DNA from: Spirochaetota bacterium
GTDB taxonomy: Bacteria > Spirochaetota > UBA4802 > UBA5368
Direction: 5' to 3'
Assembly (NCBI GenBank): GCA_035477215.1
Contig: DATIKU010000049.1
Span: forward strand, 70,058 to 134,057
DNA: 64,000 bases
In this document: positions 31,035 to 40,203 of the stretch, piece by piece
Numbering within the stretch: the first letter of the stretch is position 1
How the letters are laid out: each line of letters begins with the position of its first letter
The notes under the pieces: generated by a model
The model's database searches: none
What the model was told of the DNA's origin: nothing
The model's input: the letters and a program-made list of their open reading frames with translations, nothing else
Program-made: the position numbers and the translations under genes

Positions 31035-31724
31035 TTAAAGCTTGGCCGCCAGTTCCTCGCTCACTTCCTTGACGCCGGGCCGGCCGTCCAGCTCGATGAT
31101 GGCTGGAACGCCGTTGCTATCGCGCGCGAGTTGTTTGAAAAATTCGACCGCGGCAAGGGTCCCGCTCTTGGTGTCGTAGTAGACGCCGTGCCTCGCGTTG
31201 ATCGCTTCCTCGTCCTGGTCGTCTGAGCGCGCCGAGAGGGCCCCACCGCACACCCTGCAGACGAAGCCACCGTCCTTCTCGGCGGGCTTGATGGCATCGA
31301 TGAATATATTGTTGGGATGGTTGCCGTCGTTTTCGCATATCCGCCGGCCCATTATCCGCTTCTTGGCGATCTCACGATCGAGGACTATTTCGATTACGTA
31401 GTCGAGCTTGATGTTAAACTCGTTCATGGAGTGGTTGAGCGCCCTGGCCTGGTCGAAGTTCCGGGGAAAACCGTCCAGAAGCCAGCCCACCCTGCAGTCG
31501 TCTTCCTTCAGGCGGTTAAGGATCATCGGGATGGTGATGCCATCCGGTACGAGGTTGCCCCGATCGATGAACTCCTTGGCCTGCAGTCCGAGCTGGGTCC
31601 CTTTCTTTATATTCGCCCTGAAGATAACGCCCGATTCGATGTGCGGAATGTTGTATTTTTTCTGTACCAGGGCGCCCTGTGTGCCCTTTCCGCTGCCGTT
31701 GGGCCCGAAGATAAGAATATTCAT
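31035..31724 (-). CDS. adk: Adenylate kinase (paralog 1, extended lid).
   Basis: ILIFGPNGSGKGTQ. Lid CENDGNHPNN ... CRVCGG. Confidence 0.9.
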   Translation of the reverse strand: MNILIFGPNGSGKGTQGALVQKKYNIPHIESGVIFRANIKKGTQLGLQAKEFIDRGNLVPDGITIPMILNRLKEDDCRVGWLLDGFPRNFDQARALNHSMNEFNIKLDYVIEIVLDREIAKKRIMGRRICENDGNHPNNIFIDAIKPAEKDGGFVCRVCGGALSARSDDQDEEAINARHGVYYDTKSGTLAAVEFFKQLARDSNGVPAIIELDGRPGVKEVSEELAAKL

Positions 31725-32307
31725 AGACCACCTCTCCTTACAGTTGTTAAATCGTCGGCCCTGAGAAAGTTATTTTCGCCACGCATACGGCGGCCCTTGC
31801 CTGCAGCGCGTCTCCCGGCGCCCGCGTGGCCGACGACCGTGAGGTATGCGTGGAATCATAGCCTGTCCACACATAGTCGAGCGCGTGCATTTGTAAAGCA
31901 GTTTTACATTATTTTCAGAGCGTTCGCATTGAATCGGCCATTCATTATATAAATTAAAATAGCAATTGCCGATGAATAAATTAATCGATATGTAATACCT
32001 TAAGCGGCCGTCGCGCTAATAATTTGCCGCTCCATAAAAGTTATTGAATTTATAATTTCGTGCCGGTATGCAGGTACATCACGGCGATCCACCGGCGCCC
32101 GGTGATGATCGGGCGCTTATTCGCTCCGGTAAAAAATACTTGTCTTTCACTTAAGGCCGGTCCAGCAAGAGGGGGTGTGTCGTTCTGTAACATCGGCGGC
32201 GGTACGGAGTACCTATTCACTATGTCAGGTCCGCCGGTTAGCGCGCCTGTCGCCGCTAAAACACCGGCATATCCCGAGATTCGGACAAGGAGGGTTGTGA
32301 AACGCTC

Positions 32308-33246
32308 ATGATCAGCGTGAATAATGTAAGCAAATATTACGGGGACTTTTGCGCGGTGAACGATATTTCATTCGTCATCCGCAGGGGTGAGATTACCGGG
32401 CTTTTGGGGCCCAATGGCGCCGGCAAAACAACGACACTGCGCATGCTCACCTGCTATCTCGCTCCCGACGGCGGGAGAATAAGTGTGGGAGACCATATGG
32501 TCGACGAGAACCCGCTGGAGGTAAAACGAATTATCGGCTACCTCCCGGAGTCGGCTCCGCTGTACGCCGATATGATGGTCTATGATTATCTCGACTACAT
32601 CGGCCGGCTCCACGGCATCGATGGCGGAGGAAGGCTTCGCGAGATTTCGGCGATGTGCGGCATCGACGAGGTGATGCACAAGAACATCGGCGAGCTTTCG
32701 AAAGGGTACCGCCAGCGTGTTGGCCTTGCGCACGCCATGATTCATGATCCGGAGATCCTGATCCTCGACGAGCCCACCAGCGGCCTTGATCCCAACCAGA
32801 TCGTCGAAATCCGCAGACTCATCAAGGAGATCGGAAAGAGAAAGACGGTGATCCTGTCCACGCATATCCTCTCCGAGGTGGAGGCCACCTGCGACCGCGT
32901 CATCATCATCGATCATGGAAGCATTATCGCCGATTCCCGCACGGCCGAGCTAAAGTCGACCGCCGGCGGCGCGATGCGCCTTTCGGTCCGGGCAAAGGGG
33001 GCCGGTTTCGGCGATCTTGCGACCACGTTCGGCGCGCTTCGGGGGGTCCGGTCGGTTGAGCCGCTCGACGACACCGAGGGACTTTCCGCCGCGACCGTGC
33101 GAGGGGAGGGAGGAGTCGATATCAGGCCGCTCGTCTTCGCGGCGGTGCGCGACGCCGGGTGGGAGCTGTACGAGATGGCAACCGAGCATGAAACGCTCGA
33201 ACACGTATTCCGCAGGCTTACAAGGAGAGGGGACGATGAACTATAA
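32308..33246 (+). CDS. ABC transporter ATP-binding protein (GldA-like).
   Basis: Walker A GPNGAGKTT. Signature LSKGYRQRV. Walker B ILILDEPTSGLD. Confidence 0.9.
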   Translation: MISVNNVSKYYGDFCAVNDISFVIRRGEITGLLGPNGAGKTTTLRMLTCYLAPDGGRISVGDHMVDENPLEVKRIIGYLPESAPLYADMMVYDYLDYIGRLHGIDGGGRLREISAMCGIDEVMHKNIGELSKGYRQRVGLAHAMIHDPEILILDEPTSGLDPNQIVEIRRLIKEIGKRKTVILSTHILSEVEATCDRVIIIDHGSIIADSRTAELKSTAGGAMRLSVRAKGAGFGDLATTFGALRGVRSVEPLDDTEGLSAATVRGEGGVDIRPLVFAAVRDAGWELYEMATEHETLEHVFRRLTRRGDDEL

Positions 33247-33946
33247 AGAGTCGGTCCAAATAATGAAGAAGGAGTTGTCCGGCTATTTCACCACGCCGAT
33301 CGCCTATATCGTTATAACGGTATTCCTGGTGATAACCGGATGGTTCTTCTTTTCCACGTTCTTTCTGTACAACCAGGCCGAGCTCCGGGGATTTTTTCAG
33401 CTCCTGCCGCTTGTTCTCTCCTTCGTCGTGCCGGCGGTAACCATGCGGCTCTTCTCGGAGGAAAAGCATTCGGGTTCGTTCGAGATACTCATGACGCTTC
33501 CGGTCTCCGCGCGCGACGTGGTCCTCGGAAAGCTTCTTGCCGGCGCCGCATTCGTCGCGATCATGCTGGCGCCCACACTCTTTTATGCATTTTCGGCGGC
33601 TCTGGTCGGTTCGCTCGACCCCGGACCGGTCATCGGAGGGTATCTCGGGGCGCTTCTTCTGGGGCTTGCGTTTTCCGCCATCGGCGTCTTTGCGTCATCG
33701 CTTACAAAAAACCAGATCGTGGCGTTCATTATCGGTCTCATCATCTGCCTGGTCATGACCCTGGCGGATAAGTTTCTGTTCTTTCTGCCTTCGCCCTTAT
33801 TAAACGCGGTCGAATACATCGGCGCCGATTTTCATTTCAGGAACTTCTCCCGCGGGATAATCGACTCGAGGGATATCCTTTATTTCCTTTCGGTGGCGGC
33901 CATCGCGTTTATCGGGACGGTGAGATTGCTCGAGGAAAGGAGATAG
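33236..33946 (+). CDS. ABC-2 type permease (GldF-like).
   Basis: Overlaps the ATPase stop by 11 nt. Six TM helices. Confidence 0.8.
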   Translation: MNYKESVQIMKKELSGYFTTPIAYIVITVFLVITGWFFFSTFFLYNQAELRGFFQLLPLVLSFVVPAVTMRLFSEEKHSGSFEILMTLPVSARDVVLGKLLAGAAFVAIMLAPTLFYAFSAALVGSLDPGPVIGGYLGALLLGLAFSAIGVFASSLTKNQIVAFIIGLIICLVMTLADKFLFFLPSPLLNAVEYIGADFHFRNFSRGIIDSRDILYFLSVAAIAFIGTVRLLEERR

Positions 33947-33952
33947 CCGACA

Positions 33953-36049
33953 ATGAAACGACCATCCATCGACTTCAAAGGATTGAAAGAGCGCCTCCGC
34001 GCGACCGTCATCGAGGCGGCCGACGAGCGCAACCAGTGGCTGTTCAGCATCGTTATAATCGTGCTTGCCAACCTGGTCGGGCTTTTCCTTTATTTTCGCG
34101 TGGACCTGACCGCGAATAACGCGTATTCGCTCTCACGGGTCAGCGAAAAGACAGTATCCTCGCTTGAAGAGCCGCTCACGATCAAGGTGTTCTTCTCGAA
34201 TGATCTGCCGGCGCCATATAATGCCGTATCCCGGTATCTTGCGGACCTGCTCGAGGAGTACTCCCAGCGGGGAAACCGTAATTTCCGCTACGAGTTCGTC
34301 GATGTGGAAAAGAACAAGGACGCGGCGGCCGATTTCGGCGTGCATCCCGTCCAGATACGCGAAATCAAGAACGACCGGGTTTCGGCGCGCAACGCCTACA
34401 TGGGCATCGCCGTGGTGCACGGTGATCTTATCGAGACCATTCCATCCATCACCGAACCCGAGGGCGTTGAATATCGAATCACCACGCTCATGCGGAAGAT
34501 GAACGGTAAAATCGATTCGCTGCTCAAGCTCGACAGGCCCGTAATGGTAACACTGTACGCATCGTCCAACCTTCCCATCCCGGGAATGCAGAACCTCGCC
34601 GAAAAAGTGCGCGCCGTCGTCCAGAAGACGAATGCCCGCAATTACGGTAAGCTCGAGTATCGCCACGTGGATCCGCTTGCCGACCGTGCGGCGCTCGACC
34701 TCGCCGACACATACGGTTTGCCGCGGCTTAAATGGCCGGCCTTCGCCGGTATGGACGGACGCCCGGTCGTCCCGGGCGATGGCATGCTCGGAATCGTACT
34801 GGAACATGACGGCAGGTTCGAGACGGTGCAGATACTGGCGCGCACCGTTTTAGGCCAGTACGCGGTCGGGGGGCTGGAAGACCTCGAGTCGCGCATCAAC
34901 GGCGCTCTCGACAACCTGATCAGCATAAACCCGCGCGTGGGTTATATCACCGGCCATGGCGAGCGGGACATGCACAACCAGCGCGACGGAGCGGCGACCT
35001 TCCGCGAACTGGTGGCCGATATGTACGAGCTAAAGACCATTGACCTCTCGAAGGAGGACATCCCCGCGGATGTCCGGACCATCGTGATAAACGGACCGCG
35101 GAGCAGGTATGCGGACGAGGAGCTTTTCAAGATTGATCAGTTCTTAATGAAGGGCCGGTCGGCGCTTTTCTTCGTCGACTCCTTCGCTGAAATACAAAGC
35201 GAGGGCCAGAACATGTTCATGCGTGAGCCCGTCGTGCTTCCGGTGATGACCGGGATCGAGAAGCTCCTCGAGCATTATGGCATTACGGTGAACCGGGATA
35301 TCGTGCTCGACGAAAAATGCTACCAGGCAAATCTGAGCGGCATGGGAGAACAGAGCCTGTATTTCGCCCCCATGATCGGCTCGGAAGGTCTTAGTGAAAA
35401 ATACGTAATAACAAAATATTTGAAAAAAATAGTGTTTCTTAAATCATCCTCGCTGTCCCTCGCCGCGGAGGGCCGATCCGGAACCCGTCCGGAGGCGCTG
35501 GTATCGTCCTCCGACCGCAGCTGGCTTATGAAGGAGAGGATAAGCTTTATGCCCTGGTCCATGGCGCCGCCCAACGCGTCCCAGATGGGGAAGCATGTGC
35601 TGGCCGCGGTATTTGCCGGTGATTTCGCGAGCTATTTTGCCGAGCGGGAAGCTCCGGCGCCGAAGGGCGGGGCGGCGACGGGCCCGGTGGCCACCGACAC
35701 GATCGTCAGGCGGACGGTGAAGCCGGCCAGGATCATCGTGGTGGGGACCTCGGAGATAACCACCCCCTCGGTGATCGACAAGGAAGGAAAGACGCCCAAC
35801 GCGGTGCTGGTGCACAACATGATCGATTTCCTGAGCGGTAATGATGATATACCGGAAATGCGGAGCAAAGGCCTCGAACTCAATCCCCTCAGGGACTCAA
35901 GCGACGGCACGAAGCTCGCGCTTAAGGTCTTTAACATCGTCCTTTTGCCGCTTTTGGTAGTGGGGGCCGGTCTTGTCGTGTGGAAGCGCCGATCGACGCG
36001 AAGAAAACGCATAATGGCGGAATTTGCGACGGAGGTGCCCGGTGAATAG
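33953..36049 (+). CDS. GldG-like ABC-associated protein.
   Basis: 698 aa with N- and C-terminal TM helices and a Gldg-family architecture. Confidence 0.75.
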   Translation: MKRPSIDFKGLKERLRATVIEAADERNQWLFSIVIIVLANLVGLFLYFRVDLTANNAYSLSRVSEKTVSSLEEPLTIKVFFSNDLPAPYNAVSRYLADLLEEYSQRGNRNFRYEFVDVEKNKDAAADFGVHPVQIREIKNDRVSARNAYMGIAVVHGDLIETIPSITEPEGVEYRITTLMRKMNGKIDSLLKLDRPVMVTLYASSNLPIPGMQNLAEKVRAVVQKTNARNYGKLEYRHVDPLADRAALDLADTYGLPRLKWPAFAGMDGRPVVPGDGMLGIVLEHDGRFETVQILARTVLGQYAVGGLEDLESRINGALDNLISINPRVGYITGHGERDMHNQRDGAATFRELVADMYELKTIDLSKEDIPADVRTIVINGPRSRYADEELFKIDQFLMKGRSALFFVDSFAEIQSEGQNMFMREPVVLPVMTGIEKLLEHYGITVNRDIVLDEKCYQANLSGMGEQSLYFAPMIGSEGLSEKYVITKYLKKIVFLKSSSLSLAAEGRSGTRPEALVSSSDRSWLMKERISFMPWSMAPPNASQMGKHVLAAVFAGDFASYFAEREAPAPKGGAATGPVATDTIVRRTVKPARIIVVGTSEITTPSVIDKEGKTPNAVLVHNMIDFLSGNDDIPEMRSKGLELNPLRDSSDGTKLALKVFNIVLLPLLVVGAGLVVWKRRSTRRKRIMAEFATEVPGE

Positions 36050-36974
36050 AAAGATACTCGCGAGCCTCGCCCTGATAGCGGTACTTGCGGTCGTACTCCT
36101 CGTTTTAACGCGCGAAAAGGGAGCGGACCTCCCGCGGCAGGAGTCGTGGAGCGGCGAGACCGAGGAGATAGTATTGAGGAAATCTGGTGAAACGATCCGG
36201 CTTTTCCGCTCGGACGGAACCTGGCTGATCGGAGAGGCCGCCTATCCCGCAGACGCGCAGGTTGTCGCGGGGCTCGAGGAAAGGATGAAAAACCTCGTCC
36301 TGACCGATCTGATATCATCCCGGGAGCACTACGAGCGCTACGATCTCGGCGACGATCGTGCGATCGAGGTATCACTGCGTTCGGGCGGGAAGCTTGTCCG
36401 GCATGTATTCATCGGCAAGAAGAGCAGTACGTTCAGGCATACCTATGTGAGACTCTCCGGCCATCCGGGCGTCTATCTGGCCACGGGGGCGCTGTCGGAT
36501 GAATTCGGCAAATCGCTCGACGAATTGAGGAACAGGGATATCTTTTCCGAGACGAAAAGCGCCATCAACTCCATCGAGATCCGCTACGGCGCTTCGAGTA
36601 TCACGCTCGCAAGGAGGGCCGCGCCTGAAGCGGCACGGGCTGATAAGAAGGCGGATGCACCGGAAGAGGACCACTGGGAGTGCGTTTCTTGCGCTACGCC
36701 GGTAGATGCAAACAGGGTAGGCCAGATAGCGGGATCGTTCGCGCCCTTCACCGCGGCGGCCTTTCCCGCGATAGACAAAAAGACCCTTGGAGCGCCGCGC
36801 TGTACGGTACGGATTAAAACCGCCGACAAGCTTATTGAGCTTGCATTCTACTCGAAAATCGGGGATAATCGATACCTGTGCACATCAACCGAATCCCCGT
36901 ACGTTTTCGCGGTAGACGGTTGGAAGGCCGAACGCTACTTCGTCACGGCGAAAGACCTTAAGGAGAGGAAATGA
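36042..36974 (+). CDS. DUF4340-like protein following GldG.
   Basis: GTG start 5 nt after GGAGGT and overlapping the gldG stop. N-terminal TM helix. Confidence 0.55.
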   Translation: MNRKILASLALIAVLAVVLLVLTREKGADLPRQESWSGETEEIVLRKSGETIRLFRSDGTWLIGEAAYPADAQVVAGLEERMKNLVLTDLISSREHYERYDLGDDRAIEVSLRSGGKLVRHVFIGKKSSTFRHTYVRLSGHPGVYLATGALSDEFGKSLDELRNRDIFSETKSAINSIEIRYGASSITLARRAAPEAARADKKADAPEEDHWECVSCATPVDANRVGQIAGSFAPFTAAAFPAIDKKTLGAPRCTVRIKTADKLIELAFYSKIGDNRYLCTSTESPYVFAVDGWKAERYFVTAKDLKERK

Positions 36975-38083
36975 TCAAACGCCAAAAATCGGAAAACCGC
37001 GCCGAAACCGAGGTCCTCGCCACCGTGGGGCCGGCGACGATCGAGCTGATCGGCGCCCTCTACGATGCGGGGCTATCGGGACTGAGAATAAACAGCTCTC
37101 ACGGGGATCCATCGTTTCACGCGAGGGCCATCGATCTATCGCGTAAAGCGCGCCCCGAGGCCTATATCATCTATGATATTAAGGGTCCGAAGATACGCCT
37201 TGGCGACATTCCGAAACCCTATACCATTAAATCCGGTGATCGCGTGGTCCTGAGGACCGATATACCCAAGAGCGCTGGATCGGACTTTCCGGCCGTCGCC
37301 GATTTCAGGGAGGGTATACCCGTAACCTGTTCAGATCTCGACGAGTTCGTCAGGCCGGGGGACCGCCTTTTTGTCGACGACGGGTATGTCGGCCTGCGCG
37401 TCGAGCGCACGGCGAGGGGGGTTATCGAGTGCGTGGTGCTCTTCGGCGACGTGCTGCGTTCGCGCAAGGGGCTCAACCATCCCGATACGGTCGTCGGCTA
37501 TCCGTATACCATGCCGCAGGATTTTCCCGACCTGGAGTTCGCCGTAAGCCATGGGATTGACTTCCTCGCCGATTCATTTACTCGCAACGCCGAGGACGTT
37601 CGCGAATTGCGCGAGCGGCTTTCGGGCACCGGAATCGGCATCATCTCCAAGATTGAAAATCCCGAAGGCGTAAACAACTTCGACAAAATCCTCAGCGAAA
37701 CCGACGCGGTCATGGTAGCCCGGGGTGATCTCGGCGTCGAGATGGATCCGGTGATGCTCCCGGAGATGCAGAAGGTCATGATCGAGAAGTGCGCGCTCGC
37801 CGGAAAGCCCGTCATTACCGCGACACAGATGCTCGAGTCGATGATGGAGAACGCACGTCCAAGCCGCGCCGACGTTAGCGATATCGCCAACGCCCTCTAC
37901 GACGGCACCGATGTGGTGATGCTCTCGGGTGAAACATCGGTGGGTAAGTTTCCCGTGGAGTGCGTCAGGATGATGCGGCGGATCGCGGAGTATGTGGAGG
38001 GGACCCGGCGCTATCGCGAACGCAAACGGGAGGTGCGGGGCCTCTCAGCGCTTCGCGAGGGCTCCCGCAGCGGCGGCGATTAA
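36971..38083 (+). CDS. pyk: Pyruvate kinase, short form lacking the C-terminal regulatory domain.
   Basis: SHGDPSFHARAIDLSRKA. KGPKIRLG. ATQMLESM. 370 aa. Confidence 0.85.
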   Translation: MIKRQKSENRAETEVLATVGPATIELIGALYDAGLSGLRINSSHGDPSFHARAIDLSRKARPEAYIIYDIKGPKIRLGDIPKPYTIKSGDRVVLRTDIPKSAGSDFPAVADFREGIPVTCSDLDEFVRPGDRLFVDDGYVGLRVERTARGVIECVVLFGDVLRSRKGLNHPDTVVGYPYTMPQDFPDLEFAVSHGIDFLADSFTRNAEDVRELRERLSGTGIGIISKIENPEGVNNFDKILSETDAVMVARGDLGVEMDPVMLPEMQKVMIEKCALAGKPVITATQMLESMMENARPSRADVSDIANALYDGTDVVMLSGETSVGKFPVECVRMMRRIAEYVEGTRRYRERKREVRGLSALREGSRSGGD

Positions 38084-38464
38084 CCCGGCCGCAGCGCAGT
38101 ACAGTCCGGGACCCCAGTGTTCGGGAGGAACGGGAAGACTCAGTGTAGCGGCGGCGACCAGTATAGCGGCGGCGACGACAAGCGGAAGCGTACGTTCGGC
38201 CCTGGCCGAAACCAGGATGTACAGCGCGCTTAATCCCAGAAACGCCGCGGCAAGCGCGGGCGGAACGGTGGAAACGGCGTTTCCCGAGATGAATTCGAGC
38301 AGGATGCGCAGGCCTCCGATGCCCGCGTGCGAAAGACGGTATTCGACGTAATACCATGGCAGGGCGAGTGATACGAGCATCGCGAACGCCCCGGCTACCG
38401 ACACGAGGTTGCCTCCGTTTTTTTCGCGGACCGTTACAAAGCGTTCATGCCATTTCTCAGCCAT
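38045..38464 (-). CDS. Small membrane protein, hypothetical.
   Basis: 139 aa with three or four TM segments. Overlaps the pyk 3' end convergently. Confidence 0.35.
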   Translation of the reverse strand: MAEKWHERFVTVREKNGGNLVSVAGAFAMLVSLALPWYYVEYRLSHAGIGGLRILLEFISGNAVSTVPPALAAAFLGLSALYILVSARAERTLPLVVAAAILVAAATLSLPVPPEHWGPGLYCAAAGLIAAAAGALAKR

Positions 38465-38590
38465 GCGTTCACCCTGTGCGCCATTCGCGTCTTCTGAGGC
38501 GCCGGTTCAGTCCCGGTTAATGTGCCCGGCAGCCGCGAAAAACTACCGTTCTTCAGGCGCGATGTCCACCAGAAAAATAAATTTTTTGTG

Positions 38591-38620
38591 TTGACACGGT
38601 GCCCCCTTTGATTTTAGTAA
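38591..38620 (+). promoter_or_regulatory. Putative sigma70 promoter for tRNA-Leu.
   Basis: TTGACA, then 17 nt, then TTAGTA. It is 45 nt upstream of the tRNA. Confidence 0.35.
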
Positions 38621-38664
38621 CTCCCTACCGGAGGCGTACGAGCCTGTCGGCCGGTGGAACGACC

Positions 38665-38748
38665 GCCCAGGTGGTGGAATCTGGTAGACACGCATGGTTG
38701 AGGGCCATGTGGGAATTTCCTGTATGGGTTCAAATCCCATCCTGGGCA
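38665..38748 (+). tRNA. tRNA-Leu (anticodon GAG), type II.
   Basis: Acceptor GCCCAGG/CCTGGGC. Anticodon loop TTGAGGG. Long variable arm. T-loop TTCAAAT. Confidence 0.85.
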
Positions 38749-38756
38749 CAAACGGA

Positions 38757-38784
38757 AACCGCGGTGACGCCGCGGTTTTTTTAT
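38757..38784 (+). terminator. Intrinsic terminator after tRNA-Leu.
   Basis: accgcgg-tgacg-ccgcggt followed by an 8-nt T-run. Confidence 0.8.
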
Positions 38785-38856
38785 TTTCATCGAAAACCGC
38801 CTTCACGCCGATACCGTAGATGAGGGAAGTCTGCAATTCCGAAAGGAGGGCGCGAC

Positions 38857-39014
38857 ATGGAGTACCGGTCAAAAGAAGAATTCGAGATCATACCCAAACA
38901 CTGTCCCCGGTGCGAGGCCCTTGTAATGGCGGCGGTTGTGAGGACATCGGGCGGCGATTTTTACAAGTACCGGGAGGCGAGGTGTTCGCAATGTAACTGG
39001 ACCAACGGCGGCTG
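38857..39014 (+). CDS. Small zinc-ribbon protein (52 aa); not in the ORF track.
   Basis: AAAGGAGGG RBS 6 nt upstream. HCPRCE ... CSQCNW. Confidence 0.4.
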
Positions 39015-39085
39015 AACGGCATGCGATAGAAAAAATTCTTGATAAATTCAGTCCGTTTAACAGTCTGTTCACACCAGCGCTTTCA

Positions 39086-39112
39086 TAGACTCGTCAGGGA
39101 GTCTATTTTTAT
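39086..39112 (+). terminator. Intrinsic terminator.
   Basis: tagactc-gtcagg-gagtcta followed by tttttatttgg. Confidence 0.7.
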
Positions 39113-39172
39113 TTGGTAACCTGTGGACGGGATTACTCGATACGATCCGATCCATATCCAGTGGAGAATGTA

Positions 39173-39820
39173 ATGCGACTGATACTGCTTGGAGCCCCCG
39201 GGAGCGGAAAGGGTACAATCTCGGAGATGCTTGTCGAAAAGTACAATATCGTGCAGATATCGACAGGAGATATCCTTCGCGGCGCCGTCGCGGCCGGAAG
39301 CCCCGTCGGCAAACAGGCCGAGGCGTATATGAAGAGCGGTGACCTGGTTCCCGATGCGGTGATCATGGGAATAATGGAGGAGCGGCTGCGGGAGGCGGAT
39401 TGTACGCCGGGATTCATCCTCGACGGGTTTCCCCGGACGATACCCCAGGCCGAAGCCCTCGGAGGACTGTTGAAAAAGCTCTCCCTCAGGCTCGACGCGG
39501 TCTGCAACCTCGACGTACCCGAGGATGTCATAATTCGAAGGCTTACGGGACGGCGCACCTGTACCAATCCGTCGTGCCAGGCCATCTTCAACCTGGACGG
39601 CAAGGCCCCGAAGAAAGAGGGGGTGTGCGACAAGTGCGGAGGCGCCCTCGCGCAGCGGGATGACGAAAAGGAGGACGTGGTTCGCGCCCGGTTGAAAACT
39701 TACGGCGAGAAAACGGAGCCGCTCATCGGCTACTATAAGAAAGAAGGCATTCTCCTCGCCGTAGCGGGAAGCGAGAGCAGGCTCCTTTTCGACCGGATGG
39801 TCGAAAAGCTTGGGAAATGA
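39173..39820 (+). CDS. adk: Adenylate kinase (paralog 2, Cys4 zinc lid).
   Basis: LILLGAPGSGKGT. Lid CTNPSC ... CDKCGG. RBS GGAGAA. Confidence 0.9.
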   Translation: MRLILLGAPGSGKGTISEMLVEKYNIVQISTGDILRGAVAAGSPVGKQAEAYMKSGDLVPDAVIMGIMEERLREADCTPGFILDGFPRTIPQAEALGGLLKKLSLRLDAVCNLDVPEDVIIRRLTGRRTCTNPSCQAIFNLDGKAPKKEGVCDKCGGALAQRDDEKEDVVRARLKTYGEKTEPLIGYYKKEGILLAVAGSESRLLFDRMVEKLGK

Positions 39821-39892
39821 GGAAGCGGCCCGGAGCCGTTTCATCGATCCGTAATAAAAAGCGACGTGCCGGCGGCATGACCGCCATTTTAA

Positions 39893-39978
39893 GGAGAGAT
39901 GCCAGAGCGGTTGAATGGGGCGGTCTCGAAAACCGTTGAGGGGTTTCCCCTCCGAGGGTTCGAATCCCTCTCTCTCCG
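39893..39978 (+). tRNA. tRNA-Ser (anticodon CGA).
   Basis: Acceptor GGAGAGA/TCTCTCC. Anticodon loop CTCGAAA. Long variable arm. Confidence 0.8.
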
Positions 39979-40031
39979 AATACCGCGCCGAATGTACGCA
40001 CCGTCGGCGCGGGGAATGACGCTTTAAGCAA

Positions 40032-40116
40032 GGAGAAGTGTCTGAGTGGCCGAAGGAGCACGGTTGGAAACCGTGTGTAGCGCAAGCTACCGAGGGTTCG
40101 AATCCCTCCTTCTCCG
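40032..40116 (+). tRNA. tRNA-Ser (anticodon GGA).
   Basis: Acceptor GGAGAAG/CTTCTCC. Anticodon loop TTGGAAA. Long variable arm. Confidence 0.8.
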
Positions 40117-40203
40117 AATTCCGTCGGCGGATAACAGGCGCGGGTTTGGCATGGCGCCGTCCCCGCTCGGTACCATTCATATCCACACTCCTGAAGAGAG
40201 ACA

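Noticed and set aside
40117-40203. SRP RNA (ffs) upstream of dnaX, as in Bacillus.
   Set aside because: Only 87 nt of spacer, and no GGAAGCAGCCA domain IV motif. Two tRNA-Ser genes occupy this position instead.
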